64,000 nt of DNA from Octopus sinensis (lineage: Eukaryota): NCBI RefSeq assembly GCF_006345805.1, contig NC_043001.1, positions 89,466,001-89,530,000 on the forward strand, given 5' to 3'. Both the position numbers and the translations under genes were made by a program. Every line of letters begins with the position of its first letter. Position 1 is the first letter of the stretch. The notes beneath the pieces are model-generated. The model ran no database searches, was not told the DNA's origin, and worked only from the letters and a program-made list of their open reading frames with translations. Below, in pieces: positions 22,691 through 35,227 of this stretch.

Positions 22691-25600
22691 GTAAGTTGCT
22701 TCTTTTTGTGGATTTGTTTTTTCTCTCTCTTTTTTTCTTGCTATGAGTGAAGTATGATTGTAAGGGCTCTGAACGCCACCCATTGAACTTGCACCAAATC
22801 TTGATTTCTTACTCTGAAGATGTATTGTGTAAACATGTGAATAGGAGCATGAGTACATAATCATTCAGCCTGCTAGAAATCACAACTTGCCATCTTTAGG
22901 ATGGGCATGGCACACTAGATATTTGTCTGGCTTTCTGCAGTATATCCCCATTAAGTAAGGTAGGTATACAGAATGCTATTTTGAACTAATACTGCTTCTG
23001 TTGCCAATAGCAAATATTTTCCTAGCTTGCCAGCTATTTGCAACACCAGTGATTTGTTAATCAATTTTTTTCTATATCAGCAGAGGCATGCTCAAAGACG
23101 CAGAAATGTAGATTTAGCAATTCCACTGTTGCTGCTGGACACTTTGTGTCCACTACTGATATATTCCTGTGATTTTTAGCGCTATACATCTATATGAGAT
23201 GCTTTCTTGAGACAAATACTGCAGTTTTTGGCTTTCTACAGTATATCCACACTAAGATTTACATAATTTTATTAAATAATATTTTCTACTCTAGGCACAA
23301 GGCCTGAAATTTTGGGGGAGGGGTCAGTCAATTAGATCAACCCTAGTACGCAACTGGTACTTAATTTATTCACCCCGCAAGGATGAAAGGCAAAGTCAAC
23401 CTTGGCGAAATTTGAACTCAGAACATAAAGACAGATGAAATACCTATTTCTTTACTACCTACAAGGGGCTAAACACAGAGAGGACAAAGAAGGACAGACA
23501 AAGGGATTAAGTCGATTATATTGACTCCAGTGCATAACTGGTACTTATTTAATCAACCCTGAAAGGATGAAAGGCAAAGTCGACCTCAGCGGAATTTGAA
23601 CTCAGAATGTAGCAGCAGATGAAATACTGCTAAGCATTTCACCCGGTGTGCTAATGTTTCTGCCAGCTTGTCACCTTATAATTCTATTACATAATGAAGA
23701 CTTACATTCCTTCCCTATTCAAAACAAAGATGAGAGGCTAATGGCTAGAATGCATTTGATTTAGGCCTGCTCAGACGAGGTTCTATACTCAGTCAAGCTA
23801 AACATTTGTGAGAATATTCTATGACAGTATATTTAAAAGATATATGGAAAAGATATATTGTAAAGATATACTATGAAGAGATACCATGAAGACATACTGG
23901 AAAGATATATCACAATGATATACTGTGACGGCATTAGTATATATTGTGAAAATGTGTCTTTCATTTTTTATTCTTTTACTTGTCACAGTCATTAGGTTGT
24001 GGCCATGCTGGGACACCACGTTGAAGAATTTTAGTCAAATGAATCAACCTTAGTACTTAATTTTTTTTAAAAACTTGGCACTGTTCTATTGGTCTCTTTT
24101 GCCAAACTGTTAAGTTACAGGGAGATAAACACACCAAAGCTGGTTTCCAAGTGGCAGTGGAGCACAAACACACACATACATATATATACAATGGGCTTCT
24201 TTCAGTTTCCATTTATCAAGTCCATTCACAAGGCTTTGGTGGGTCCAGGGCTGTAGCAAAAAACACCACTGAATCGGGAACCATGTGGTTAGGAAGCAAA
24301 CTTCTGACCACACAACCACACCTGCATCTATATTAGTATTTAATAAATATGTGCGTAGTGGAGGCACATGGCCAAGTGGTTAGAGCAGTGGACTCATGGT
24401 CAAGGGATCACAGGTTCGAATCTCAGACTGGGTGATGTGTGTGTTTATGAGTGAAACACCTAAGCTCCGTATGCCTCCAGCAAAAGGTAATGGCAAACTT
24501 CTGCTGACTCTCTTGCCACAACTTTCTCTCATTCTTTCCTCCTGCATCTAGTAGCTCACCTGTAACAGACCGGCATCTTGTCCAGCTGGGGAACCTATAC
24601 ACCAAGGAAACCATCCCTTATGAGCCAAGCATGGCTTAAGAAGGAACAAACAACAACAAATGTGTGTATGGTTAAGAAACCTACTTCCCATTCATGATTT
24701 CATGTGACTTTGGGTTCAGTCTCACTGCACTACACCTTGGGCAAGTGTCTTCTACTATAGCCCCAAACCAACTAAAGCCTCGTGGGTGGATTTGGTAGCC
24801 AGAAACTGAAATCTATTTGTATATAATCAACAATGTTCTGAGTACTGTGGTTACTGCTTTCTTTGTAAATACTGTTAACTTTCTACTAACCAAGTGCCTC
24901 AGTGCCATAAAAATACAAACCAGAGTATGTTTTATGTCACTATGATATTGTGGGGACGAAATGAATAGGAAGGAAAGGGCTGTGACATCGAGCCCCACCA
25001 GGACAGGAAGTGAGAGAGAGGCTGTAAGGGAAGCAAGACTAACATCGTCCTCTTTTGGTCTGGGGCAGTGGTAGTGAACAGATGTGAGTGGACAAGCGAG
25101 TGAGCAGGGATTGATAGTAGCAGGTGAGAGGGGTAGGGCACATGTTTAGACTTAACGCAGCTGGACAACCAACAACGAGAGGTCAGTGAACCGTATTTTA
25201 TTCCCTGCATTACAGTTCCTTTATTTCACAAATATATTCTTACATTATGTCTGTCTATCTAAAATCCATAAAACTTCATTACAATGTTTATTTCATGTTA
25301 CTGCTTAAGCAATGTATTCTCATATATATATATATAATGGTGCATTCTCATCTTTCTTAGTATCTCTCTCACTCCCTCTCTATTACAACTCCATCTAACT
25401 ATTTTTTCCCAATTTTTGTACTGTCACAATTTATATTTCTTTTCCTTTTTCTATTTTTGTTCCTCTTTTTCCATTTTTGTTTTTGAATATCGGATAAACA
25501 GATATGTATACACTAACATTATATAAACGTTACATATGATTGATTTTAATGATGTTAATTTTATATCATTAGGGATTTCTCATATTGTTTTTGTTTGTTC

Positions 25601-25726
25601 TGTTTTATACCATGCATAATAGTATTTCATGTGTTATGGTGAGATGTTCTTATTTTATTTCACCATTCTAAAGAGATTTCCACATTGATTAGGCTGACTG
25701 TTATAAATATAAGAATTTTTCTACAG

Positions 25727-25845
25727 GCATTCCTGACAATTTGCTGTCTCCTGAAGCAATGGATAATTATATGTCAAAACATATAAACCCAACCTTATTA
25801 AAAGGACTGACACAATTGTGTAAGGCGAAACCCATAGATCCTATA
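25727..25845 (+). CDS. NME5: NME5 coding exon 4 (Dpy-30-like motif)
   Basis: SIPDNLLSPEAMDNYMSKHINPTLLKGLTQLCKAKPIDPI. 119 nt. Confidence 0.93.
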
Positions 25846-26154
25846 GTAAGTAGCATATTTCATTTCATTCTTTCTTTTCACTTAATAATACATACATTCT
25901 TAAGATGCTTGCTTTCCAACTTCCTGGTTCAGTCACACTGCTTGGCATCTTGGATAAGTGTCTTCTACTATAGCCTCAGGCTGATCAAAGCCTTGTGAGT
26001 GGATTTGGTAGACGGAAACTGAATGAAGTCCATCGTATATATACATATATATAATATGTTTTAATAAGTACCATGCTTTACCATTTTTGCTTATTAAAAT
26101 AATAATGAAACAATCAATATATTACACTAATCTTTTATTGATTTATGATTTCAG

Positions 26155-26217
26155 ACTTATATTGCTGACTGGCTCATTGAAAACAATCCCAACAAGCCAC
26201 AAGTGAAACACAATTAA
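26155..26217 (+). CDS. NME5: NME5 last coding exon
   Basis: tttcag|TYIADWLIENNPNKPQVKHN*. Total CDS is 624 nt = 207 aa. Confidence 0.92.
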   Translation, partial: TYIADWLIENNPNKPQVKHN

Positions 26218-26982
26218 ACGATAATAATAAACATCTCAAATTCATTCATGCAGTTTGTTGTTTTCCCAAACATCCACAACAGTAAGTTTTTTGATGTAAG
26301 GGCGTGGTTAGATCCCTGATGAACATAGGGTTTCTCACTGCCAGCCAAAATGTTACCACCATCACATCATTGTGTCCGCTTAGTCGTCTGTATTATGTTA
26401 GACACAATACACTGGTGTAAGAAGCAGAAGCATAGCATAGGAAGCAAGTGTTTAGTTAGCTTTCAGTGCTAAGTTCACTTTTTTCTGTAGGACTGAAGAA
26501 TATATTTGGACATCAGTCCAATGTCAGATTTTACTGACACTTACATGGCTGTATCATTAAGAAGTTTGCTTCCCAACCACATGACTTTCAGGTTCAGTCC
26601 CACTGCGTGGCACCTTAGGTAAGCATCTTTCATTATAGCCTTGAACCATGAGTGAATTTAGTAAATGGAAGCCAAAAAAAGCCTGTTATATATGTATGTG
26701 TATATATATGTATGTATATATATATGTGTGTCTCCTTCTCTTGATCTTGTATAAGATGTGTATTACTGTCATACAAGCAGTGCCATTCATTTCCAACATT
26801 CTGCATAAACATGTCTGGATACAGAAAAATATCACCTTGCTTGGAGACTGGTGAGTATTAATAGCAGGAAGGGTATCCAGCTGTAGAAAATCTGCCTCAG
26901 TGAACTTTGAAAAACTGAGAAAAAGTACTTTTTTCACCACAGAAAGAAAAATAAAATACAGACGTGTCTTTGTAACTACAAC

Positions 26983-28370
26983 CATATTTAAGGGCACATT
27001 GTTGAGAGTATGGATGATGCAATCACTGTTGGACAGGCACTTGTTTATGTATTCAGTTTTGGCCTCATTGAGGTAAAGACCTACACAATTTGAGGCTTGT
27101 TCAAGAGATTGTAAAAGAGACTGGGCATTGGAGAGAGAATCACTGATAAGAGTGATATCGTCAGCAAAGTCAGTGTCTGTCAAGTACTCAGCTGGGTGTC
27201 TGGAACTTCTTCTTGGTTTTATTTCAAAGCCCTTGCCAGAGATGGTATCAACTGACATACGTAGCACATAATCAACAACAATGATGAAAAGAAATGGGGC
27301 GAGTGTGTCTCCCTGCAGTATTCCGGCTTTGATTGAGAAAGATGATGTTTCTCCGTCAGGGATTAAGATGGTTGAAGACGTATCTGTGTAGAGGACCTTG
27401 ATGGCAGAAATGATTTTGTCTGGTATCCCATAGAGCTTAAGGATTTCAAACACCTTATACCTATCTACAGAATCAAACGCTTTAGAAAAGTCTACAAATA
27501 CCATTGCAAGATTGCGATTAAATGCTTTTGATTCTTCAATAAGTCTGTGTAGGCATAGTATCTGGCTCAGTGTTGAGCGCCCATGTCTGAATCCATTTTG
27601 GTTCTTTCGGAGCAAAGGTTCAACAAAAAGGACAAGACGATTTAGGATCAGTTTGTTGTACAGTTTTGCAGCAATTGACATTAGAGATATACCCCTATAG
27701 TTGGTGACGAGGGATAAATCGCCTTTTATACATAAACAAGTGCCTGTCCAACAGTGATTGCATCATCCATACTCTCAACAATGCGCCCTTAAATATGGTT
27801 TCTGATTATAAATATCTTGGGTCATACATATCATCAACTGGAAAAGACTTTCTAACTAGAAAGGGTATGGCCTGGTCAGCCTGTAATGACATGCATAAGA
27901 TCTGGTCATCAAATCTAAGTAGAGACTTCAAACTTGAAATCTTCAAAGCCACAGTCGAACCAATTCTACTATATGGCTCAGAAACCTGGACGTTATCAAA
28001 GAAGCTTGAGAGGCGGTTGGATGGAACCTACACTCGCCTCCTTATGAGAGCTCAAAATCTCTCGTGGAAGCGCCATCCAACCAAAATGCAAATATATGGG
28101 AAACTACCACCTGTATCATCTCTTGTGAAAGGTAGGAGAGTCCAGTTTGCTGGACATTGTTGTAGAGCTGAAAAAGAAGTAATTTCTACTCTTCTCCTCT
28201 GGAAGCCATCTACTCGCAATACCAGAGGGCGCACACTCTCCTACCCTGATGTAATCTCCAGGGATACAGGCATCCAGCAACAGGACCTCCGTAATGCCAT
28301 GATGGACCGTGAAGTCTGGCGTAGCATGGTAAATTCCATTGTCTCGACCACGGTCGAACAATGATGATGA
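26983..28370. mobile_element. 5'-truncated, 5'-inverted RTE-group LINE (RT part on -, 3' part on +), 12-bp TSD TGTAACTACAAC
   Basis: - strand RT (KGD...NYRGISL, QNGFR.GRST, FVDFSKAFDS, GILQGDTLAP, DFADD) at 26983-27727. + strand 27728-28364 (YLGS...LLYGSETW...FAGHC) followed by a (TGA)n tail. TSDs at 26971-26982 and 28371-28382. Confidence 0.92.
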
Positions 28371-28802
28371 TGTAACTACAACTAACAGCCAAATCTCTCT
28401 TAAAACACACCCTTTCATCAAAAGAAAGATTTACTGTATTTCAGGAAGAAAAAAAAAATGCAACAGGTCTGCTACATCAGAGGCAACTTTGGGCTAAAAA
28501 AAACAGTCAAACATACTTCACATTAAAAGATTATATATTAAATAATACTAATAAAATTGACAGTATATCTTTGAAGTTTCGTTCCCTGGTAAAACTCCAT
28601 GTATTTTAAACATTTTCTCATTATATGACATATTGTTGAAGCCAACCTTGTTTTCAATGTTATTTTTATAGTAAAAAAGTTGTGCAAAAAAAAAAAAAAC
28701 TTTATTTGGTAGCTGAAAGATGTCAAAATTGGCAACTCAGTTTTTGAATTCATAAGGAACATAGGCACACACACACAAATTCTGTTTTATATATATATAT
28801 AT

Positions 28803-29229
28803 TAGAAATATTAAATTTCTAGATATCTCAGAGAGATATGAGCGGTGGTGGAACGATAGAGCTGTTGTACACTGTCAACATAACGTGACAGTCCCGTAAA
28901 GGGAATTACACCACCGCTATTTAGCCCTAGGAAGCATCAACGCTTCTTGTCGGCCTTGACACATTTCCTGTGTCCTTATGATTACAAAGGGGAAACAAGA
29001 ACCTCCAACAGCTAGGCCCACATCCAGACTGATGATGAGCAAGACTCAGAAACATGTCTCTAGATGCGGGCCTAGCTGTTGGGGGTGCTTGTATCCCCTT
29101 TGTTAACTTAAGGACACAGGAAATGTGTCAAGGCTGACAGGCAGCGTTGATGCTTCCTAGGGCTAAATAGCAGTGGTGTAATTCCCTCTATGGGACTGTC
29201 ACGTTAAGTTGACAGTGTACAACTGCTCT
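28803..29229. mobile_element. Penelope-like / retrozyme-type non-autonomous fold-back element (about 171-bp arms, hammerhead at apex, about 55-nt tail on the left)
   Basis: Inverted arms 28858-29028 and 29059-29229. Homologous to 19578-20275. Confidence 0.65.
29021..29066 (+). ncRNA. Minimal type-I hammerhead ribozyme motif (predicted cleavage after GUC, C29058)
   Basis: Stem I CATCCAGA/TCTAGATG; core CTGATGA; stem II TGAG-caaga-CTCA; GAA; palindromic helix III ACATGT; C17. Confidence 0.75.
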
Positions 29230-30030
29230 CTCTCAAACCCAGCGTCCACCTACTCCCTCCACAACACTAGTCTCAAAAAGTCTTCATGTGAACGTGACCT
29301 GGGTGTTATTGTCGACAGTGATTTGCGTTGGACAAAACACATCGCTAAAATTGTCAAGAAGGCTGAGGGTGTCTTGGCATCACTCACCAAATCCTTTGTG
29401 AGCCGCTCTCCGGCTATCTATCTGCGGCTTTATATAGCTATGGTAAGACCTCACCTGGAATTTGCATCACCGGTCTGGAACCCCTATCTTGCCCAGGATA
29501 TCAATCGTCTGGAAGCTGTTCAGCGACGTGCAACCAAAAGAATACCCTCCATCAGGCATTTGCCATATCCTGAACGCCTTACTTCCTTGGGCATGGACAC
29601 ATTGAAACTCCGACGTCTGGCAGCTGACTTGGCAGACACCCATAAAATTATCAACCATCGTATAAACAATAACTATGAGCACCTCTTCAAACTCCACCCA
29701 TCTATCACCCGTGGACACATTTACAAAGTAAGAAAACAGCACAGCTCCCATGCCTTCAGGAAACATTTTTTCACGCTGAGAGTTGCTGAAGCATGGAACA
29801 AACTGCCGGCATCGGTTGTTAGTTGTCGGAGCACTGCATCCTTCAAAACTTCCATGCTTCCTGAGATTCGCCAACACTACACTTGATTTTCTCCCCTCCA
29901 TACACACACAAGCATGTATCTGACTCATACATTGTTCGCTTTCCAGACATTTCTACATTACTGCATGTACTTTATATGCACTTTCTGACAAGTTGTGGTG
30001 CACCTGAGCACTGTATACAATAATTTCATT
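29230..30030 (+). mobile_element. 5'-truncated CR1-clade LINE 3' end (open ORF to 29886, then 3' UTR and (ATT)n-like tail)
   Basis: ERDLGV, VRPHLEFASPVWNP, LEAVQRRATK, Y.ERL..LG...L..RRL..DL, TRGH..K, RK.FF..RV...WN.LP are typical CR1 C-terminal motifs. Confidence 0.88.
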
Positions 30031-33000
30031 ATATATCATTATATATATAGATAGATAAAAATATAAACAGCCGTGCACAAGGTGTTACTATGAAGGAAAA
30101 ATGATTGTCACTAAACATGACTGATAGTGTCAAGACACCTACATTGCTAGAAATAAGAGCTAAAATGCTCTAATGTTGTAGTAAAAGTACATAATTGTAT
30201 ACATATATGCTCATGGGGCTGTAATCACCCAAAAACACCGGATCAAGAATTTCCTATACTGAACATTCAGTTTCGGTTATCTTTATAGCCTCTTCAGTAA
30301 AGACCACTCATTTGACTATTTCTGAGCTTAATCACCATCAGCATATGTATTTTCCAAATGAAAGTTTGTAGCTTAGTGGTTAGGGCATTCGGTTCATGAT
30401 TGTAAAGTCAGGAGTTCAATTCCGACATTGTGTCCTTGGGCAAGACATTTTATTTCATGTTACTCCAGTCCACTCAGCTGGTAAAAATGAGTAGTACATG
30501 TATTTCAAAAGACCAGCATTGTCACATTGTGTGTCATGCAGAATCGTTGAGAACTACATTAAGGTCTTTGGAGTACTCAGCCACTTGCATGTTAAGACCC
30601 ATGCCAAATCAGACTGAAACCTAGTGCAGTTCCCCAGCTAACTAATTTTCAGTCAAACCGTCCAACTCATGCCAGCATGGAAAATGGATGATAATGATAT
30701 ACTGAAAGAGAGAGAGGGTACAAAGAAACTAAAATTTCTGAAAACCAATGCTAAGAAATACTCTTTATTTCTGTTCTACACTGTACATTAGTCGATCCTT
30801 GAACAATTCCATTGTGTCTTTGAGCAAGAGACTTTAATTTCTCTCTGATCCACCTGGCAAGAATGAGTTATACCTGAAATTTAAAGGGCCAACTTTGTTA
30901 CATTTTGTATCATGCTAAATCTCCCTAAATACATTAAGGTACATGTCTGTGGAGCACTCAGCCACTTGCAAGTTAATTTCAGGAGCAGGCTATTTGGCTG
31001 ATCACATCAACTGGCACACTTGTCCTCATAACTGACGGAGAGCTAGGCCTCAGTGGGCATTACCTAATTTAAATACTGTATTTTCCAACATATAAATCAA
31101 TGTAGTATAAAGTATAAACATTTAAACATCATTACTAACTTTCAAAATTTCACAAGGAAATTTTGGTCCTTCAAAGTCCCTTTTTTCAGCTGTAAATATT
31201 AATCTAAAAAATTTGACTTGTATGCCAGAAAATATGGTACATCTCACTAAATTTATCATGTACAATGCTTAATACTTGTTTTAGAATATTTATTGTCACT
31301 ATAATGAATGTATTGTCTCAGCTATAACACTTCTCATTTGACTGCAAATCCAACCTCATGAATTGGATTTAAATTTTAATGACTCATTAACAAGTAAAAA
31401 CTGAAAATAAACTTATAAGAAGTCTTAAATAGAAGTTTAATAATGGAGAAAACAAACACACATAGCTGTAAATATTAAGCTGGTGAGTCAAACTCTCCCA
31501 TACCTTTTTATATTGGGTCGATAATATATTATGCTAAAATACTGAGAGGCCATAGAGCATAGTGGTTGGGGTGTTATACTCGTGATCTTGACATCAGTGT
31601 CAATTCTTGAACCAGGAGGTTCATTGTGTTCTTGAGCAAAACACTCCATTTCACTTTGTTCTGTGATCACTTTAACACCTGGCGTGTGGTACACCATGCA
31701 CCTGTTCAGACAGAGGGAGTGATGCTAATGTACAGCACAATCATTCCTGCAGGTTGTTCACCAAGAAATTGCAGAACTGCCTTTCTCAGACTTTGAAAGA
31801 CTACCATCATCATCATCATCATCATCATGTTAAAATATTTGTCTGTTTTTTTTTTTATCTGATTACCAGCACTACTTTTATTTCACAATGGATTAGGTTA
31901 GGGTCAGCAGGAGAAAAATAGTGACTAATCAGCCTCTGATATAAAGTTACAAAATTACACAAGAAAAAAAAAATATTGAAAATTTCAAAATCCATCACAT
32001 CCAAGTAAGCATTAAAAAGAAATAATGGGAAGCAGTTTTTAAAAACAATTGAATTTATATTCTATTTCACTTCAGTTTAAGAAAAAAACATTACTTAAAA
32101 TGTTGGTTGCTTTTGATGTGGCTTCACTTTGAACTTGACAGCAGATTTTCTCTGCACCCACATTTTTCTTGAGGACATTGATATGCAAGTATGGATATGG
32201 GTACCAACTGTATCAATCTCACCAGTCTGGGAAAGCCGAGAACTAATTTTTTTCTTTCTTTTATTTTACATCTCATCCTGCCATGTTACTAGTATAGCAA
32301 TAAAGTATTTTGTGAATTTGCAGCAATTCTTATTATAAGTAGATATCTTTCTTAGACCAAATGACTCGGTCATTTAGTAGGGAACATAATTTATGGTATC
32401 AACTTGATAGACTAAAAGAAGCACAATGGTTAGTCATTCACACAGAGCTCAATAAAGCACAACTAGAACTACAAATCCTATTGTTAGCAGTCTAGTTTAG
32501 CATCTTAACTCAATCATGTGCCATATATTATATATATATTTATAAAGATTTTTTAATTAGCTAATTTGCTTGTAAAATCAATGACTGCATGTCACTTGAT
32601 TTCTATATATTGTGAGCAGGAGTGAACTACTGCTATTTCTAGTGGATGAGTGTCCACTACCAAAGATGACCCACAAAGAGGTTGAAACTGTACGGCCTGA
32701 TGGTCTTGTGGCTAGAGGATGGTGGGGGTCCACTCCCCTGCTTGCAATATATATTGAGTACAGATTGCATTGAATAACCAGCTGGAGGTGTTTTCCTAGG
32801 GTTAAAAATAGCAGTAATATCAGTTCCTATGGAACAGCCATGTTTAAATGGCAATAGATATTATTTCTTATTTACTGTTTTTTTTTTTTTTCAGTCTATT
32901 TCTGTGTTGAAAAATGGGTTAGATAGGCTTTTCTTTTTCTTTTTTATTATTTTCTTAAAAATTAAAATATATGATGTAAATTTTTTGCTTACAGCTTGGT

Positions 33001-33306
33001 GGATAACTATGCTTTAATTGAAAACAGCTTGAAGCAGCATTAATGAATGGTATTCAAACAGGGAGCAAATAATGACTGCCACAGTGTTTAAACACATGAT
33101 CTTGTGGTTAGTAGTTACCCAGTAATATAACTGCTACCTACTGTAATTTTGTATAACAAATATTGAAGTAAATGAGATTTGGGGGAGTAGAGTACGGCTT
33201 GAAGTTCTAGTGCCATTTGATAAAAAAATACAGAGGAACATATAATTATTTTTTCATATTGAATATTAACGAAAGATTTTATTGAAAAATTCTTCAGTGT
33301 ACTTAA

Positions 33307-33520
33307 CCCTTTTGTTACCATCTGTTGAAATGCACTGCTTTTGTTTCAATTAATTTCGAAAATAATGAAGAATTTAGTAAAATAATTTTGCAATTATTAA
33401 GCTGATGTTTGGAACTTGAATTTACAAAATTTTGATGGAAAATTTTAATTTAGATCACTTTAAAACATGGAGCTTTTATCATAGAACCAGGATGGTCCAG
33501 GCAGGTTTGTACCAAAAGGG
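33307..33520. mobile_element. piggyBac-type MITE (relatives at 16737-16956, about 45535-45720, about 58154-58350)
   Basis: TTAA|CCCTTTTGTTAC...GTACCAAAAGGG|TTAA. Confidence 0.7.
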
Positions 33521-35130
33521 TTAAATCAACATTACTCATTGTCATGAAATATGGAGTTAACTTCTGTAGTTTCACATTCAATGCTTTGAAAAGAAAATAT
33601 GACTGTTAATTGAAGAACAGTTATTGGACTTGTATCTCAGGTATCAGATATGTTGATGTAAGCACATTGATAATAATATTTATTAATGAAATCTTTATGA
33701 ATTACTGCTTAATACTGATTTTAAAATATTTATTTGCACCATAGTGAATGTATAAACCACCAACAACACTTCCGTTGAAGGACCGTATCCTCAACTTTTT
33801 TTTTAACAGTTGTTTCACTGTTGATTTTTATCATGGCCCAAATGATACAGTTGATGAAACTTGATTTGAACACATCCCCTCTACCACTGAAAATGTTGAA
33901 TAAGAGTCATTAGATAAATTGTGCGAATGTTTCCTAATATAAACCTTTTAACAAAGAGAGTTGTTCACACTCCGGAATAACACTAAATAGTTTGAAAAAA
34001 AAACCCAGAGATCTATTGCTACTGGAATGATACTTCCAGTTTCTGTGTTAGTGGATTAGAGTCAAATAAGTATCACCAATCTATCACATTCACAGATGAG
34101 TTGCTACATATTCCTGACAGCCAGGTAAACTCTGGTAATATAAACTAAAGTGTTCTGATTAGAAAACACAAGTCACCTTTAGTAAATTTCAACTTGTAAC
34201 CTAAGAGCACACTCCAATGGCTTCTCCACTTGGCCATCTCATTTTTAAGGAATAGTATAGTAATATGCCAAGTAAATAATCCTTAAAATCTGGGGAAAGA
34301 AAAATATTTAAGGACCAGTACCTAGCTCTAATTTCATGAAGTTCAGTAGATGTAGGATAAATCTTTGAGCTGGAAGAACACCGGCCTATCACAGCTGATG
34401 TTCCCCAGATAATCTAGAATATATCCATTCAGGGGTTATGGCAAACTAAGACAACATAAAATAAAGTGTCATACTTAGAAATATATTGAAACCATTGTAG
34501 TGGTTTGAACTCTCAGCTTTTAAAACAATGAAAACATCTATTTGGCCATGTTGGGAGTAGAGAGGGATTAATGTCACCTTGTTTTCCTCAGCAACAGGGA
34601 TTAGGGCACACAATCAAATAGCAATATCAAATGGTTTGAAATGTCCTGGTTGCTTTTGGACTTCTGCTCTTGCTGTCAGTGAGGTCCAGACAGGAAGGAC
34701 AAATTCAGGGTTAAGTTTTATTAGTAAAAAGCAAACAATTCCTAATTAATAAATAATTAAATAAAGGGTATTTAAATTAGATAGGGGAGATAGAAGGAGG
34801 ATTACAGGTGAAGTACACAATCATAGTAAAGTCTGTTCATTTGTAAGGGTGGTACATGGTCCTTTGATTTTCCCAGCTTCATATAAAGAGAATAAAAAGA
34901 TATAAGAGGTGAGGGGCTCTAAGGAAAGGTCAGATATCAGAGGTTCAGCAGATGAGGAATTCGAGACGATGCTGTAACAGCATGTAGATCACATACACAA
35001 ACTATATATATACATGTATATATATATTTTGGAGAAAGTGTGTATATAAATATATAATGCAGGCAGATTCTCATAGAATATTGATGAAGAAAGAGCGGTT
35101 GTTGTAGAGAATGGTATGTCAAGAGGTTTC

Positions 35131-35227
35131 TCAAGAAGACCGTCGCACAATTAGGTATAGTGCTACACAGATGCTGATTACCATAATTAGTCCAATAACA
35201 ACAAGCATAATACGGTTGTGGATGATC
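35131..35227 (-). CDS. VTI1A: VTI1A last coding exon (C-terminal TM anchor)
   Basis: RIIHNRIMLVVIGLIMVISICVALYLIVRRSS*. Total CDS is 651 nt = 216 aa. Confidence 0.95.

Noticed and set aside
29467-29928. Antisense ORFs over LINEs (also 3191-3643, 27512-27700, 28052-28421)
   Set aside because: They are shadows of retrotransposon coding sequence.
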